Assembly: GCF_001194135.2 (NCBI RefSeq)
Contig: NC_068997.1
Coordinates: 27,295,452-27,350,078, forward strand
Reading direction: 5' to 3'
Source of the DNA: Octopus bimaculoides
Taxonomy: Eukaryota
DNA length: 54,627 nucleotides
Below the pieces are notes generated by a model, which saw only the letters and a list, made by a program, of their open reading frames with translations, did no database searches and was not told where the DNA came from. Made by a program: the position numbers and the translations under genes. Shown here piece by piece: positions 1 through 12,748 of the stretch (within the stretch, counting starts at the first letter, position 1; every line of letters begins with the position of its first letter).

Positions 1-372
1 TTTCCCATTGGCATAAGGTCCGAAATTCGGGGAGATGGGCTAGTCGATTACATTGTTCCATTGATTAACTGGTACTTTTCTTATTGATTCCGAAAGGATG
101 AAAGGCAAAGTCGACCTAGGCGGAATTTGAACTCAGAACGTAAAGCTGGACAAAATGCCGTTATGCATTTTGCCTTGCGTGCTAACGATATATATATAAA
201 GTTATAATGATATCATATTTTGGCACAAGGCCAGCAACTTCGTGAAGTTGGGAAAGTCAATTACATCGACCCCAGTGTTCAACTGGTACTTATTTTATCG
301 ACCACGAAAGGATGAAGGGCAAAGTCGACCTCGTCGGAATTTGAATGCAGGATTCTGTCAGCTCGCTGACTT
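1..372 (-). mobile_element. Two tandem copies of tRNA-derived SINE family A
   Basis: Both carry the GAAAGGATGAA.GGCAAAGTCGACCT.G.CGGAATTTGAA core shared with 46778-46918 and 51574-51790. Confidence 0.8.
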
Positions 373-612
373 ACATGTGAAGTAATAATAACCTCCAATA
401 TAAGAAAGTTACATTCATTTTAATGTTGGGACATTGTCAGAATATTTCGGACCCCAGAACGCAATTGATACTTATTCTATTATCTACAGTATATGAAAAA
501 AAAAAAATCAGTAGAATTTGAATTTCGGAACGTAATAGTGCAAGACAAAATACGGTAAGGTATTTTATTTCACCGGCACTTACCTTCAACCTCAGGAATG
601 ATGATTTTGATG

Positions 613-682
<70 letters not shown>

Positions 683-744
683 TAATAAATGTCCAGATGC
701 AATACCAGGCAGTGGCTCTCATAACTTCTGATCTTAACTTTTGA

Positions 745-1430
745 TTGAGTGCAGTAAAGTAGTACAAAAAACAGTATAAGCTCAGGCATGATTCTGTACG
801 CAAAAGAGTGCATTGGGATGTTAGCCGAGTGTGTTGCTTCGAAACAATAGAAAAGTGGTATGGAAACGAACCAGTGGCCATGACAGAGAATGAGAATTAT
901 AGGATCTTATTGGACTTCTCCCATAAAGGCTGTTCATGCAACTGAAGCAAGAGAGCTAGATGTGATTATAGAGGACAAAATAAACAAGCATTCTCGGTTT
1001 GTGGCATGAATTGGCCATGGAATTCCATTTCTTTTCATTTGTCTCAATTTGCTTGCTTTGTTGTTCTTCCTTCTCTCCCTGAATTCTCCGACAGTTTCAG
1101 TTATATCCTGGGCATCCCTAGTTGCCGATACTATACTTTCGTCCCTCCCCACAACATAATTTTTCAGCCCCAGTGTCATCTGTGTTTGAAAAATATCAGG
1201 ATCTAGTCAGAGAGCTGAAGAGACTGTGAAAGACTAAGATAATTATTGCTGTAGCAGTTGGCGTTCTTTGCGCAACACCAAAAATGATACTTAAAGGCCT
1301 GAAAAATATTGGAATCGAGATTCGCATTGTCGACCTGCAGCAAAGTACTACTGTATATTCTACCAGAATGTTAGGAATCGTTCTTGAGATTTAGGAAACT
1401 TGTTATCACCACACATTAAGATAACGTTCC
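745..1430 (+). mobile_element. Dong/R4-type (restriction-like endonuclease) non-LTR retrotransposon, 3' fragment, degenerate
   Basis: Broken frames ECSK..QK/YKLRHDSVRKRVHW..EKWY..EP..ENENYRILLDF and EKYQDLVRELKRL..VLEI; next to the (TAA)n tract at 610-690. Confidence 0.8.
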
Positions 1431-1487
1431 TGCTAATTAAACTAGCATGTAATAGCTTGATGATAATACTAATAAACTTGCACGTAC

Positions 1488-1591
1488 CTGTGCTTCAACT
1501 TCTAAGTGTCCATGTGCAGTTCCGTTCCAGTGATGGACATAGACTTTAGTATTTGGTTCAATAACAAATCTTTTGATGTTGCAGTGACGTC
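1488..1591 (-). CDS. Gene 1 last recognisable exon in the window (domain unassigned)
   Basis: ccacttttatcag| acceptor; (G)RHCNIKRFVIEPNTKVYVHHWNGTAHGHLEVEAQ; only the phase-1 frame is open; donor CAG|gtacgt; no stop, so the gene continues. Confidence 0.78.
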
Positions 1592-2240
1592 CTGATAAAA
1601 GTGGAAGTAAAATATTGATCAATAACAAATATTGATACGTTTAATTATTATTGTTGCTGTCATTGATTCTAATACAATAAACATATGACCAAAAATTTTT
1701 CAGCAAAAAACAAAAAACAAAAAACAAAACAAAACAGAGATGCCTTCCTCCAAATACAAACTACAGGAACTACCTAAACGCGTTGCAATCTCTTCTCGTC
1801 ATGATGACTAAAGCTATAGCAACGTTGAGACCCTTCCTGTATTGTCAGCAGCTATCTCAGGGTTACATAATTTCGTCCTTTAAACTTGTGCAACCAGTGA
1901 CACAAGCCCAGTAGTTATCAGGATAGAGGATTTGTATAGAGTTATCTTCTCTTAGGTGAGCAGTTAAAGAGCTGAAGCGTCTCATATGTCCTGAGTGCGT
2001 TGGGATGTCTGTGAATGACTTTCTTCCGGAGAGAATTTCGTGACATGCTAAGTAAACCATAACTGAAACATTCACTGATGCAACTATTCTGGGTCAGAGT
2101 AGTCCTGGGAAAAATTGGTGTTAAGAGAGGGTTTAATACACATCAAAACCCTGGAAGTTCAGAACCCGGGCTTCACTACCGTATCTAATTTAAAATTATA
2201 CTTACGACAGATGCTCAAATATATCAATGAAAAATGTTAC

Positions 2241-2364
2241 CTGATATTTGGGACTGGTGTTCTGGTATCCAGTCATTATTATTGTGGTCGATTCCACTGC
2301 AGTTTGTTTTCGGAATATCCCCTAGTTCGTAGTGAGCGACCAAACCTTTTTTTAACACTTGGTC
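2241..2364 (-). CDS. Gene 1 exon: C-terminal end of LamG-like domain
   Basis: tacttattggcag| acceptor; DQVLKKGLVAHYELGDIPKTNCSGIDHNNNDWIPEHQSQIS with a GLVAHY strand; donor G|gtaaca; phase 0-1. Confidence 0.78.
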
Positions 2365-2624
2365 CTGCCAATAAGTAAAGAATATAACGGTATTGTTAAT
2401 ATTAAGGACCATCAAGGACACAGGTGAAAGCTTGCAGTGACATACAAAATCTTCACACGATACTTCTATAAATCACTTTTACGTTTAATCATCTGTACAG
2501 TAGAAATATACCATAGATACACAATATAAGGGGATGTAGAACAAATGTGTGAAACAGACTGAAATGGAATGGAAATAATCTGAAAACATACATACACACA
2601 CAGACGTGCGTGCACCACCCCACC

Positions 2625-2660
<36 letters not shown>

Positions 2661-3673
2661 NNNNNNNNNNNNNNNNNNNNNNNNNNNNNNNNNNNNNNNN
2701 NNNNNNNNNNNNNNNNNNNNNNNNNNNNNNNNNNNNNNNNNNNNNNNNNNNNNNNNNNNNNNNNNNNNNNNNNNNNNNNNNNNNNNNNNNNNNNNNNNNN
2801 NNNNNNNNNNNNNNNNNNNNNNNNNNNNNNNNNNNNNNNNNNNNNNNNNNNNNNNNNNNNNNNNNNNNNNNNNNNNNNNNNNNNNNNNNNNNNNNNNNNN
2901 NNNNNNNNNNNNNNNNNNNNNNNNNNNNNNNNNNNNNNNNNNNNNNNNNNNNNNNNNNNNNNNNNNNNNNNNNNNNNNNNNNNNNNNNNNNNNNNNNNNN
3001 NNNNNNNNNNNNNNNNNNNNNNNNNNNNNNNNNNNNNNNNNNNNNNNNNNNNNNNNNNNNNNNNNNNNNNNNNNNNNNNNNNNNNNNNNNNNNNNNNNNN
3101 NNNNNNNNNNNNNNNNNNNNNNNNNNNNNNNNNNNNNNNNNNNNNNNNNNNNNNNNNNNNNNNNNNNNNNNNNNNNNNNNNNNNNNNNNNNNNNNNNNNN
3201 NNNNNNNNNNNNNNNNNNNNNNNNNNNNNNNNNNNNNNNNNNNNNNNNNNNNNNNNNNNNNNNNNNNNNNNNNNNNNNNNNNNNNNNNNNNNNNNNNNNN
3301 NNNNNNNNNNNNNNNNNNNNNNNNNNNNNNNNNNNNNNNNNNNNNNNNNNNNNNNNNNNNNNNNNNNNNNNNNNNNNNNNNNNNNNNNNNNNNNNNNNNN
3401 NNNNNNNNNNNNNNNNNNNNNNNNNNNNNNNNNNNNNNNNNNNNNNNNNNNNNNGTTCTAGAAAATAAAGAATATGACTGAAATTATAAATCCTGAAATG
3501 ACTTAATTGATTTCTCAATCAGTCAATGCACAAACATTTTCTCAAACATTGCTGCCTTGTTCCACACACATAACGTTGGTAGAATTATTTTGAGTTTTGG
3601 TCACGTGTAATTTCTCATTCTCATTGTTTGTTACTATTGTGTGTGTGTCTGTGTTTGTGTGTGCGCGCGTGCG

Positions 3674-3727
<54 letters not shown>

Positions 3728-4843
3728 GTAAGATTTAGTTGAATTAGGTACTTAAATTGTGACACCTCGTTAGGTCGGAATAATATACACAAACAACAAC
3801 AATATTATGTAAATATCAAATTTGGTACATAAGTACCAGCTGAATAATATTTCTGCGGTATATGCAGACAACTAGACCCAGATGAGTGAAGAAATCCGCT
3901 CTTGAGCTGTTCAGACATGTACATTATATTAAATATACGGTCCATAATATTTACGAAGGGCAAAATCCGAGACAGGTGAATAAATATAAATGAGTAACAG
4001 TGGAGGTAAAGGTCTCAATCTATTACAGAAGTCTAGAAATTAAACAACTCCTTAATAGATAAATCTAGACCAAAGGTTCTGAATCAATTTTGGCCAAACG
4101 GCGGGTCCTTTACCGCAAATAGCTGTTACGTGGTATTCGGGCTAAATCTTGCCTTTTCTGGGTTCCAGGAAACTTCGAGGTCTTCCACCACCATCCCCTC
4201 TTTCTTTTCTGAAACAAAGTGGTTTGCGGCGGTTTGGCGGTCAGATACGTTGAATGCACGCGAAAAATCCGAGATTTTTCTTTTTTTTCTTCCTGTCCTT
4301 ACTGACAAACGTTCATTCATTAAATCTATTGCAAATGCACCGCCAGTACAAATTCCCACGGACCACTTTCTTAGTCATATTGTGCCTAGATTTACTACAC
4401 TTTTTGGATCTAGTTTGTTTCATTCACAAAATCTGCATTTTTTAAAAGGAAGTAAAAAGATCTGAAAATTGGTTATATTGTTGCAGTTTTCCACGTTTAT
4501 TCCTGCAAAATCATGAAATTCTGGAGAACAAATTTGACGAAAAAGTTAGACATTTAAAAATCGAAAAAAGACTTCCTATTTTTAGCCAATAATGAGACAG
4601 AAATTTTCTACGTTGTAGAGTGTCAACTTAGCGGTGTCAGCTTTAAGGTTGTACTTAAAGCCATATCTGCATACCAGTGGTTTCTGGGTTATTTCTCCTC
4701 ATCTCGGATAGAGAGATGGAGCCACTAAAATCTTGTTTGAAATATATATTTTTTAAAGTGATTCACAGCACTGATCTAATAAATAGAAGATTATTATTCC
4801 TAAATCTCTGAACGAGAGACATTCAGTAACAGTACTCTAGAGA

Positions 4844-5204
4844 AAGGATTATTTACCAACATAATGTGGCAGTCCTAGTTAGGGCGATTGTTACTGTTAT
4901 TTAGCCCCAGGAAACATCGTCTCTAGCTGGCTATATGACACACTATCTGCATCCTTATATTTTCGAACAAGGCGCCATCTCTAGCCGAGCCGTTATTCCT
5001 TGCCGATGAAGAGAAATAACCCAGAAACCATTGGTACGCAGATATTGCTTTGGGCTGAGTGGGGACGCTAAACTCCCTGGTTCGAAAATATAAGGACGCA
5101 GATAGTGTGTCATATAGCCGGCTAGAGACGATGTTTCCTAGGACTAAATAGCAGTAACAATCATCCTAACAAGCACTTCCACATTATGTTGGCAAATAAT
5201 CTTT
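4844..5204. mobile_element. Foldback MITE with ~130-bp terminal inverted repeats
   Basis: 4844-4972 is the reverse complement of 5076-5204 at high identity; a second internal fragment lies at 4655-4722 in opposite orientation. Confidence 0.75.
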
Positions 5205-5220
5205 ACTATATATATATATA

Positions 5221-5285
5221 GTTTTCCAATAAGAATGGGTTTTCCAATAAGAATGGGTTTTCCAATAAGAATGGGTTTTCCAATA
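5221..5285. repeat. 18-bp tandem repeat, about 3.6 copies
   Basis: Unit GTTTTCCAATAAGAATGG. Confidence 0.95.
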
Positions 5286-5431
5286 TAGGACGGATATATG
5301 AGTATTGATACAATATCATGCTCTCATAAAAACCTATTAATGTTTACCGAACGATTTCATGCTGAAAACATCCCAGAAGTGCAGAGGTAAATTAGCAATC
5401 ATCGGACATAACTAAGTGTATACGTGTGTGT

Positions 5432-5481
<50 letters not shown>

Positions 5482-6242
5482 NNNNNNNNNNNNNNNNNNN
5501 NNNNNNNNNNNNNNNNNNNNNNNNNNNNNNNNNNNNNNNNNNNNNNNNNNNNNNNNNNNNNNNNNNNNNNNNNNNNNNNNNNNNNNNNNNNNNNNNNNNN
5601 NNNNNNNNNNNNNNNNNNNNNNNNNNNNNNNNNNNNNNNNNNNNNNNNNNNNNNNNNNNNNNNNNNNNNNNNNNNNNNNNNNNNNNNNNNNNNNNNNNNN
5701 NNNNNNNNNNNNNNNNNNNNNNNNNNNNNNNNNNNNNNNNNNNNNNNNNNNNNNNNNNNNNNNNNNNNNNNNNNNNNNNNNNNNNNNNNNNNNNNNNNNN
5801 NNNNNNNNNNNNNNNNNNNNNNNNNNNNNNNNNNNNNNNNNNNNNNNNNNNNNNNNNNNNNNNNNNNNNNNNNNNNNNNNNNNNNNNNNNNNNNNNNNNN
5901 NNNNNNNNNNNNNNNNNNNNNNNNNNNNNNNNNNNNNNNNNNNNNNNNNNNNNNNNNNNNNNNNNNNNNNNNNNNNNNNNNNNNNNNNNNNNNNNNNNNN
6001 NNNNNNNNNNNNNNNNNNNNNNNNNNNNNNNNNNNNNNNNNNNNNNNNNNNNNNNNNNNNNNNNNNNNNNNNNNNNNNNNNNNNNNNNNNNNNNNNNNNN
6101 NNNNNNNNNNNNNNNNNNNNNNNNNNNNNNNNNNNNNNNNNNNNNNNGGGGGGGGGGCGAAAGGCAAAGAAACATGGAAATATCTCTCATCAGTCTTGGA
6201 AATCCAGAGTACATGCACGGTTCGATGTCCAACATACATACA

Positions 6243-6273
<31 letters not shown>

Positions 6274-7267
6274 GTGTGTGTATGCATATACATATGCATA
6301 TATGTGTGTGTGCGTATGCGTGAGTGTATGTGTATATGTATATATGTATATATTCATATTTATATGTATGTATGTATTTATATATATATGTGTGTGTGTG
6401 TGTGTTTGTGTCCGTGTTTGTCCCACCACCGCTAGATAGCTGGCATTAGTTCGTTCACGTCCTTATAACTTGGCTGATTCGGTTAAAGAAATCCATAAAA
6501 TAAAAACCAGACTTAAAAATGAATATTGGTTGGGAGGATTTGCTCGGCTAAAAATCTTGCGAGGTGGTCCTCATGTCCAAATACTGAAACAAGAAAATGA
6601 TAAAGTACATACGTATGTTTCANNNNNNNNNNGTATGTATGTATGTATGTATGTATGTATGTATGTATTAGTTACCTACTTATGTGCATATGTATCTATC
6701 TACCTATACGCACGTGTGTGTGTATGAGAGTGTGTGTGCGTGTATGAGTGTGTGTGTGTATGTGTGTGTGTGGTCTCTCTGCATGTAATGTAAATGGGTC
6801 TCCGGCAGTTTCGACGATGAGTATGCAGGTGTTCAATAAACTGAACTATCGATTCATTGAATTAACATAAAACTCGCTGGACATCTCATTCACATTATTC
6901 TCAGGCAGAATCAATGCGGCACAGTGTTGTGAGAAGGTTCAAGCGTCCTTATATATTGCCACTTGCAGTATGATGTCTCTATGACTAAGAGACTTAACGT
7001 GCAGCTGCTCAGTTCCTCTGTTTGCGAACAAGTTTCCCAGACTGCTATATTTCACCACTGTATGTAGCCGAAGCAGCGCTGTATAGTGTTGGCTAGTGTT
7101 CCATTAGTTTGTGGACTGAATTTCAAATACAGCAATGGGTACAGTTGAGAGTTTTAGGGTTTCCGATTATATTACGGTACTCCCTAAACTTAAAAGTATG
7201 TCACAAACATTTTAAAATTGACAACTTAGTGTATGTTAATGAAAAAGCGTTAACAATCGATTATACA

Positions 7268-7925
7268 ATCAGCCAACCAACCAGCCAACCAGCCAGCCAA
7301 TGAACGAACGAACGAACGAACGAACGAACGAACGAACGAACGAACGAACGAACCAACGAACCAACCGACCAGCCAACCAACCAACCAACCAACCAACCAA
7401 CCAACCAGCCAACCAACCAGNNNNNNNNNNNNNNNNNNNNNNNNNNNNNNNNNNNNNNNNNNNNNNNNNNNNNNNNNNNNNNNNNNNNNNNNNNNNNNNN
7501 NNNNNNNNNNNNNNNNNNNNNNNNNNNNNNNNNNNNNNNNNNNNNNNNNNNNNNNNNNNNNNNNNNNNNNNNNNNNNNNNNNNNNNNNNNNNNNNNNNNN
7601 NNNNNNNNNNNNNNNNNNNNNNNNNNNNNNNNNNNNNNNNNNNNNNNNNNNNNNNNNNNNNNNNNNNNNNNNNNNNNNNNNNNNNNNNNNNNNNNNNNNN
7701 NNNNNNNNNNNNNNNNNNNNNNNNNNNNNNNNNNNNNNNNNNNNNNNNNNNNNNNNNNNNNNNNNNNNNNNNNNNNNNNNNNNNNNNNNNNNNNNNNNNN
7801 NNNNNNNNNNNNNNNNNNNNNNNNNNNNNNNNNNGACCGACCGACTGACCGACCGACCGACCGACCGACTGACCGACCGACCAACCAACCAACCAGCCAG
7901 TCAACTAACCGATCAACTGACTAAC
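7268..7925. repeat. Compound tetranucleotide microsatellite spanning a gap
   Basis: (AGCC/AACC)n, (AACG)n, (AACC)n, gap, (GACC)n, (AACC)n. Confidence 0.9.
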
Positions 7926-7986
7926 CAAGTAAGCGAGCAAGCAAACAAGTGACTAACCAATCTACCAATCAGAAAAAAAGACATAC

Positions 7987-8211
7987 CTTCTTAGAATTAA
8001 CCTTTTTACCATTAGTAATTAAACTGATTTCAGTTCCAGTGTTGACAACTGCTACCGAATGCCATTGATGTAGGTGGTACTGAGTGTTAGAAGAGGTCAT
8101 TGGTATGGTACAAAGGTTCGACTTGCCTGGCGGACTGTAAAACGCTTGAAATCTTCCGTGTTGATAGGCAATACCGAAATGGAAGCAGTTATATATTCCA
8201 CCAGCTATTAA
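7987..8211 (-). CDS. Gene 1 exon: LamG-like domain core
   Basis: atatttcag| acceptor; 75 open codons LIAGGIYNCFHFGIAYQHGRFQAFYSPPGKSNLCTIPMTSSNTQYHLHQWHSVAVVNTGTEISLITNGKKVNSKK with the QWH.VAVV...L..NG motif; donor AAG|gtatgt; phase 0-0. Confidence 0.9.
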
Positions 8212-8727
8212 CTGAAATATTTAAAAAATAACAAAAATAACAACAACAATCATCATCATCATCATCATCATCATTTAATATCTATTTTCCATGCTGGCAT
8301 GGGTTGAGAACTTTGATAAAAGTCGGCAAGGCCAAAACCCGCACCAAACACCTTTGTTGTTTTCGGCATGGATTCTACAGCTGCATGCCCTTCCTAACAC
8401 CATCCACTTCACAGAGTGTACTGGGTGGTTTGTACGTAACACTAGCATTAACGCTTCTTACGTAAGACGAACACAAATGCTTGAACGAAATACGGAACTA
8501 AATATGTCTGTGTTGTGGGGAGCAGCAGGTAAAAAGAAAACAAACACGCACACACACGCGCTCACACACACGCACACACACATACACAAGCAAGCATAAC
8601 ATGCGTGCAAAACAAGATGGAGAAACAAGTGTCGAGTACCGAAGGCAGAGTAAAATACAGTGTTTTATTAAAGGTGAAGACCTTCAGTTTATGAACTTTT
8701 TCAGCTTCAATAAAATATTGTATTCAA

Positions 8728-8761
<34 letters not shown>

Positions 8762-8886
8762 ACTTACATATGTATAATATAATTTTATATTATATTATAG
8801 AACAATAACAGATACAAGAGCAACGAAAACCACTACCGCCACAACAGCAACAACAACAGCAACAGCAATAATAGCTTTGATCTTAC

Positions 8887-9021
8887 CCGGTTTGTCTGGT
8901 CCATCAAAGTTGGTTTCACCCAAGCTGCTATGGTATATTTCGGTCCTGGACTCCACTGGCCTAAATCTATGTAGGTATCGTTGCCATCAAAAGAGCCACC
9001 ACAAGAATATGGCGGTCCGAT
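8887..9021 (-). CDS. Gene 1 exon: start of LamG-like (concanavalin A-like) domain
   Basis: ttctattcctag| acceptor; IGPPYSCGGSFDGNDTYIDLGQWSPGPKYTIAAWVKPTLMDQTNR with SFDG..YIDLG and TI.AWVKP motifs; donor CGG|gtaaga; phase 0-0. Confidence 0.9.
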
Positions 9022-10084
9022 CTAGGAATAGAATTAAAATATATATAAAAAAAGATACATGAATGTTAAGTATGGCGAGATCTTCGGGACCTTCGTCAGT
9101 TAAAAACAAAAAAAGAGGTTAAAGTTCTTTCCCAAGATCTATGGACTCATAGACCCACTTTCCCGGTTTCTGTGGCGTATACATTCCCCACCTGGATGGG
9201 ACGCCAATCCATCGTAGGAATACTCATTTTCGTCAGCTGAGTGAACTGGAACAATATGAAATGAAGTGTTTTATTTAAGAACACAACGCATCACCCGGTC
9301 ACAGAATCAAAATCACAATCTTACGATCATAAGTTCAGCACTCTAACCACAAAGTCACACGCCCCTACTACCTTCATCAATTACGACAATGAAGATTCAC
9401 TCTCTCAATCAAGTGAATTAACGTGAAAGTGGCTAAATATTCCATAGAGACGTGCAACAAACAAGAAATCAACCTTTTTGAATTATAGATAAATCCATCT
9501 GACGGGCTTCTGTACAGTTTCCGTCTACCTAATTTCACTCACAAAGTATGGATCGACTCGAGGCTATAAATAATGACATTTTTCTTAGACACCCTAGATC
9601 TCGTGGTTGTGAAGCGAACTTCTTAATCATTCGGCCATACTCTGTCTGTAACATGAAATAAATCGCCTACTATCGCTCACACGTCTCATGTCTTTATCTA
9701 TATAATGCAGCTGATGACCAATGGCGCCATTGGTTACAATTTTCCAGTGGTCCGCAGTATTTGTGACGAGAAGGACTTCAAGGGAGTATTTGTAACTTGG
9801 TTCCGAACACATATTATGGAACATCGAACATAAAAATGTTTGTGCTTGCTCCCATCACCTCTTGACAACCGGTGTTGGTTTTTCACATCACCGTCAATTA
9901 GCGGGTTGGTAAGGGAGGTAAATGTAAATACAAGAAAGTACTGGGATCGATTTGGTTGTCATCAACGTAGTACCTCTCCATGGTCACAGTTCATTTACTG
10001 AAACAGATGTAAGGTAAAAAATAAATAACAATTAAAAAAAACAGTAACACTTTCTCGAGTGGGAGCAATGTATGAGTGACTCAC

Positions 10085-10209
10085 CTTGTTATTAGTGATA
10101 CATCTAGAAAACGTTTGATTTTTAAAGGTGAACGGAAGTTGGCACACATCTCTGGCGTTGTCACCTCCTGTAGCCTTAACCTGTACTAGTTCAACTGAGC
10201 GGCAAATAC
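10085..10209 (-). CDS. Gene 1 exon: EGF Cys3 then N-terminal half of a fibronectin type II domain
   Basis: ctatcacttctag| acceptor; (G)ICRSVELVQVKATGGDNARDVCQLPFTFKNQTFSRCITNNK, like FN2 TGG.....C..PF.F....F..C; donor AAG|gtgagt; phase 1-0. Confidence 0.88.
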
Positions 10210-10225
10210 CTAGAAGTGATAGATA

Positions 10226-10260
<35 letters not shown>

Positions 10261-10438
10261 CGAGAGAGAGGGCGAGAGAGAGAGAATGGGTGTTTAACTG
10301 AAGGTAGGAATNNNNNNNNNNNNNNNNNNNNNNNNNNNNNNNNNNNNNNNNNNNNNNNNNNNNNNNNNNNNNNNNNNNNNNNNNNNNNNNNNNNNNNNNN
10401 NNNNNNNNNNNNNNNNNNNNNNNNNNNNNNNNNNNNNN

Positions 10439-10470
<32 letters not shown>

Positions 10471-10521
10471 GAATATATACACACATATATATGTATATGT
10501 ATGTATATGTATACATATACA

Positions 10522-10569
<48 letters not shown>

Positions 10570-11179
10570 CATACATACATATGTATATACACACACACAC
10601 ATATATACATAAATATATGTATATGTACATACATACGTATATATATATATACACACATACATATGTATATATATATATGCACAGGCAGACAGACAGACAC
10701 ACACACCCACACACACACACACATACACACACACACACACACACACGCACACAAATACACATATATATATAGAGAGAGAAAGAAAGAGTGAGAGAGTATA
10801 TGTAGACTATTTATAAAAGGATGTGACAAGAGAAACAGGAAATGATTTTGTTCATTTGCATACCAGTACATTGCGTTGGAAACGCGTCTTAATTATGTAA
10901 ATTACTTAACTGGAGTACTGAAACAGCGTGTATGTAGGTCAATTGTAAATAAATATATATGCGTACGTTTAATCATTCTGTGCAAACAAGTCACGAGATT
11001 AAAATGACGTCCTTTCACCTCTGTTTTTAGGATGGATTTGAGACCCGCTGGTTTTCTGTTACCCGCATTAATGTTCTCACTAACTTTATCTACACTCCTA
11101 CACAATAACAGCAACTGTGTGTTTACCTGATGTTATTATTATTATATTTGCATAATATTCAATATTGTGACGCTGTAAA

Positions 11180-11770
11180 TTGAAGATATTGTGTGTAGCA
11201 GGGATTTGTGCTGTCTGTCAGGTCATAACCAGAACTTCAGACTTACAGTACTTTAGGTGGTAGGGATGCAGTTCCAAGTAAGGCTGATCTTTGTAGTATA
11301 CCAGCATTGTAGGGAAGGTTGTTGGGTATTTCTAAAGAGTCCAGATGTTTCTTCAGGTTGAGTGGTATTGAACCCAATGCTCCCATGAAAACAGGAACAA
11401 CCTTTAAGTTTGATTAATATCATTATTGATTTGACTCAGGTTCGGTTTTATTCCTGCAGAGATTTATGTGGGTAGCGGCTTACTGCCTGAAACCTTAGGT
11501 ATTCACTAGTCTTCAATACACTCCTGATAATCTTTCCTGTCCCTAAGAAGCAAACTTTCTGTTGAAGCTCTACAAGACATTCTATTCCAATCTCCTTCAC
11601 CTATTTGGCTATATCTTTGCTTACAGTTTACCATGCACCAATTATTATAGGCACAACCATTACAGTTTTCATATTCCACATTCTTGTAATTTCAAATTTT
11701 AAGGGATTGTACGCCTTTCTTTACGATCCTGGAAGCAAAGGGTCTGAAGGATTAATTAGTTAGCAACTTA
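11180..11770 (-). mobile_element. Dong/R4-type retrotransposon 3' fragment
   Basis: Minus strand gives VPVFMGALGSIPLNLKKHLDSLEIP-type C-terminus; TAA/TTA repeats on both sides. Confidence 0.7.
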
Positions 11771-11795
11771 TTATTATTATTGTTATTATTATTAA

Positions 11796-11832
<37 letters not shown>

Positions 11833-12748
11833 GAGTGAGAGAGCAGTGCATGCCTTCAAAGTGACACTGGGGTAAAATATACGAAGCCCAGTTTACCCAT
11901 CATGACTACATGTCTGATAAGGGTACACCAGATAAATAACTTGGATTGGTCGTTGTTGGACAGTAGAAACATAGGTGTTTCTTCTTTTTTTCTAATATGT
12001 TTATCTCTTTGAATTATCCTTTATTCTCTTAAACCATAAAGCACACCATGTCTGTCAAACATTAACAGAAGGTAAATCGGCGATACCCTCTAAGTTAATT
12101 TCAACTATATCTAAAAGTACAGTTTTGATTAAACGGTAGGATTCAAAAGAACTTTTTCGAATTCTTTCCTTGTATTTAATATATCAACGCACCGTTTTCA
12201 AACATCGCGGAATTTGCACGGTTCTCGCTAGTTAATTATAATTTTATTAATTATAATTCTCCTTATATTTTGCAGTAATGTAGTTTCAGTCCCACGACGT
12301 AGTACACACACACACACACATACATGTATGTGTGTGTGTATTTTTGGTGGTTCGTTTTTGCTTTTGTCCCCCACCGCTTAGCAACCGGTTGGACAAAAAG
12401 AGAACCGATGGAATATGTAGCCAACTTAAAATAAGTAGTGGGGGCGATTTGTTCGGTTAAACGGTTTAAGGTGATGCTCCAGAATGCCCGCTGCCCAATG
12501 AGTATAACAAATAAAAAAATCTTTCTGCGTTCATTTTTAATTCTCACAGGTTCCTCACGTACAAGAAATAGTAACCTGGTCACACCTTTGTCCATCTCAT
12601 CTTGATTCCGTTCCTCCATGCAATAACAGCACAGGCGATAGAATAGGAAATACCATTGACGGGGAAGGGATTCTCTTCAATCGAACAATCATGCCCTCAA
12701 CTCGCAGCCATTAAATTACAAGAATATGGTTAATAGAGATTTACTTAC

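Noticed and set aside
584-590. Consensus donor GAAG|gtaagt near 583 with a 7-nt upstream AG
   Set aside because: It borders a TAA microsatellite and SINE fragments; no convincing coding exon can be defined.
6790-7130. Unique segment with LamG-like words (QVAIYKDA, YSGEI)
   Set aside because: Stops in all frames and no phase 0-0 splice pair; not callable as the missing LamG exon.
9717-9734. 18-bp perfect palindrome ACCAATGGCGCCATTGGT
   Set aside because: Nine-bp arms are within chance expectation for 54 kb; no supporting context.
11127-11172. 46-nt phase 0-1 exon candidate (RHNIEYYANIIIITS)
   Set aside because: It lies downstream of the 12749 donor, where a phase 1-1 join already works, and overlaps the TAA-rich tail of a Dong element.
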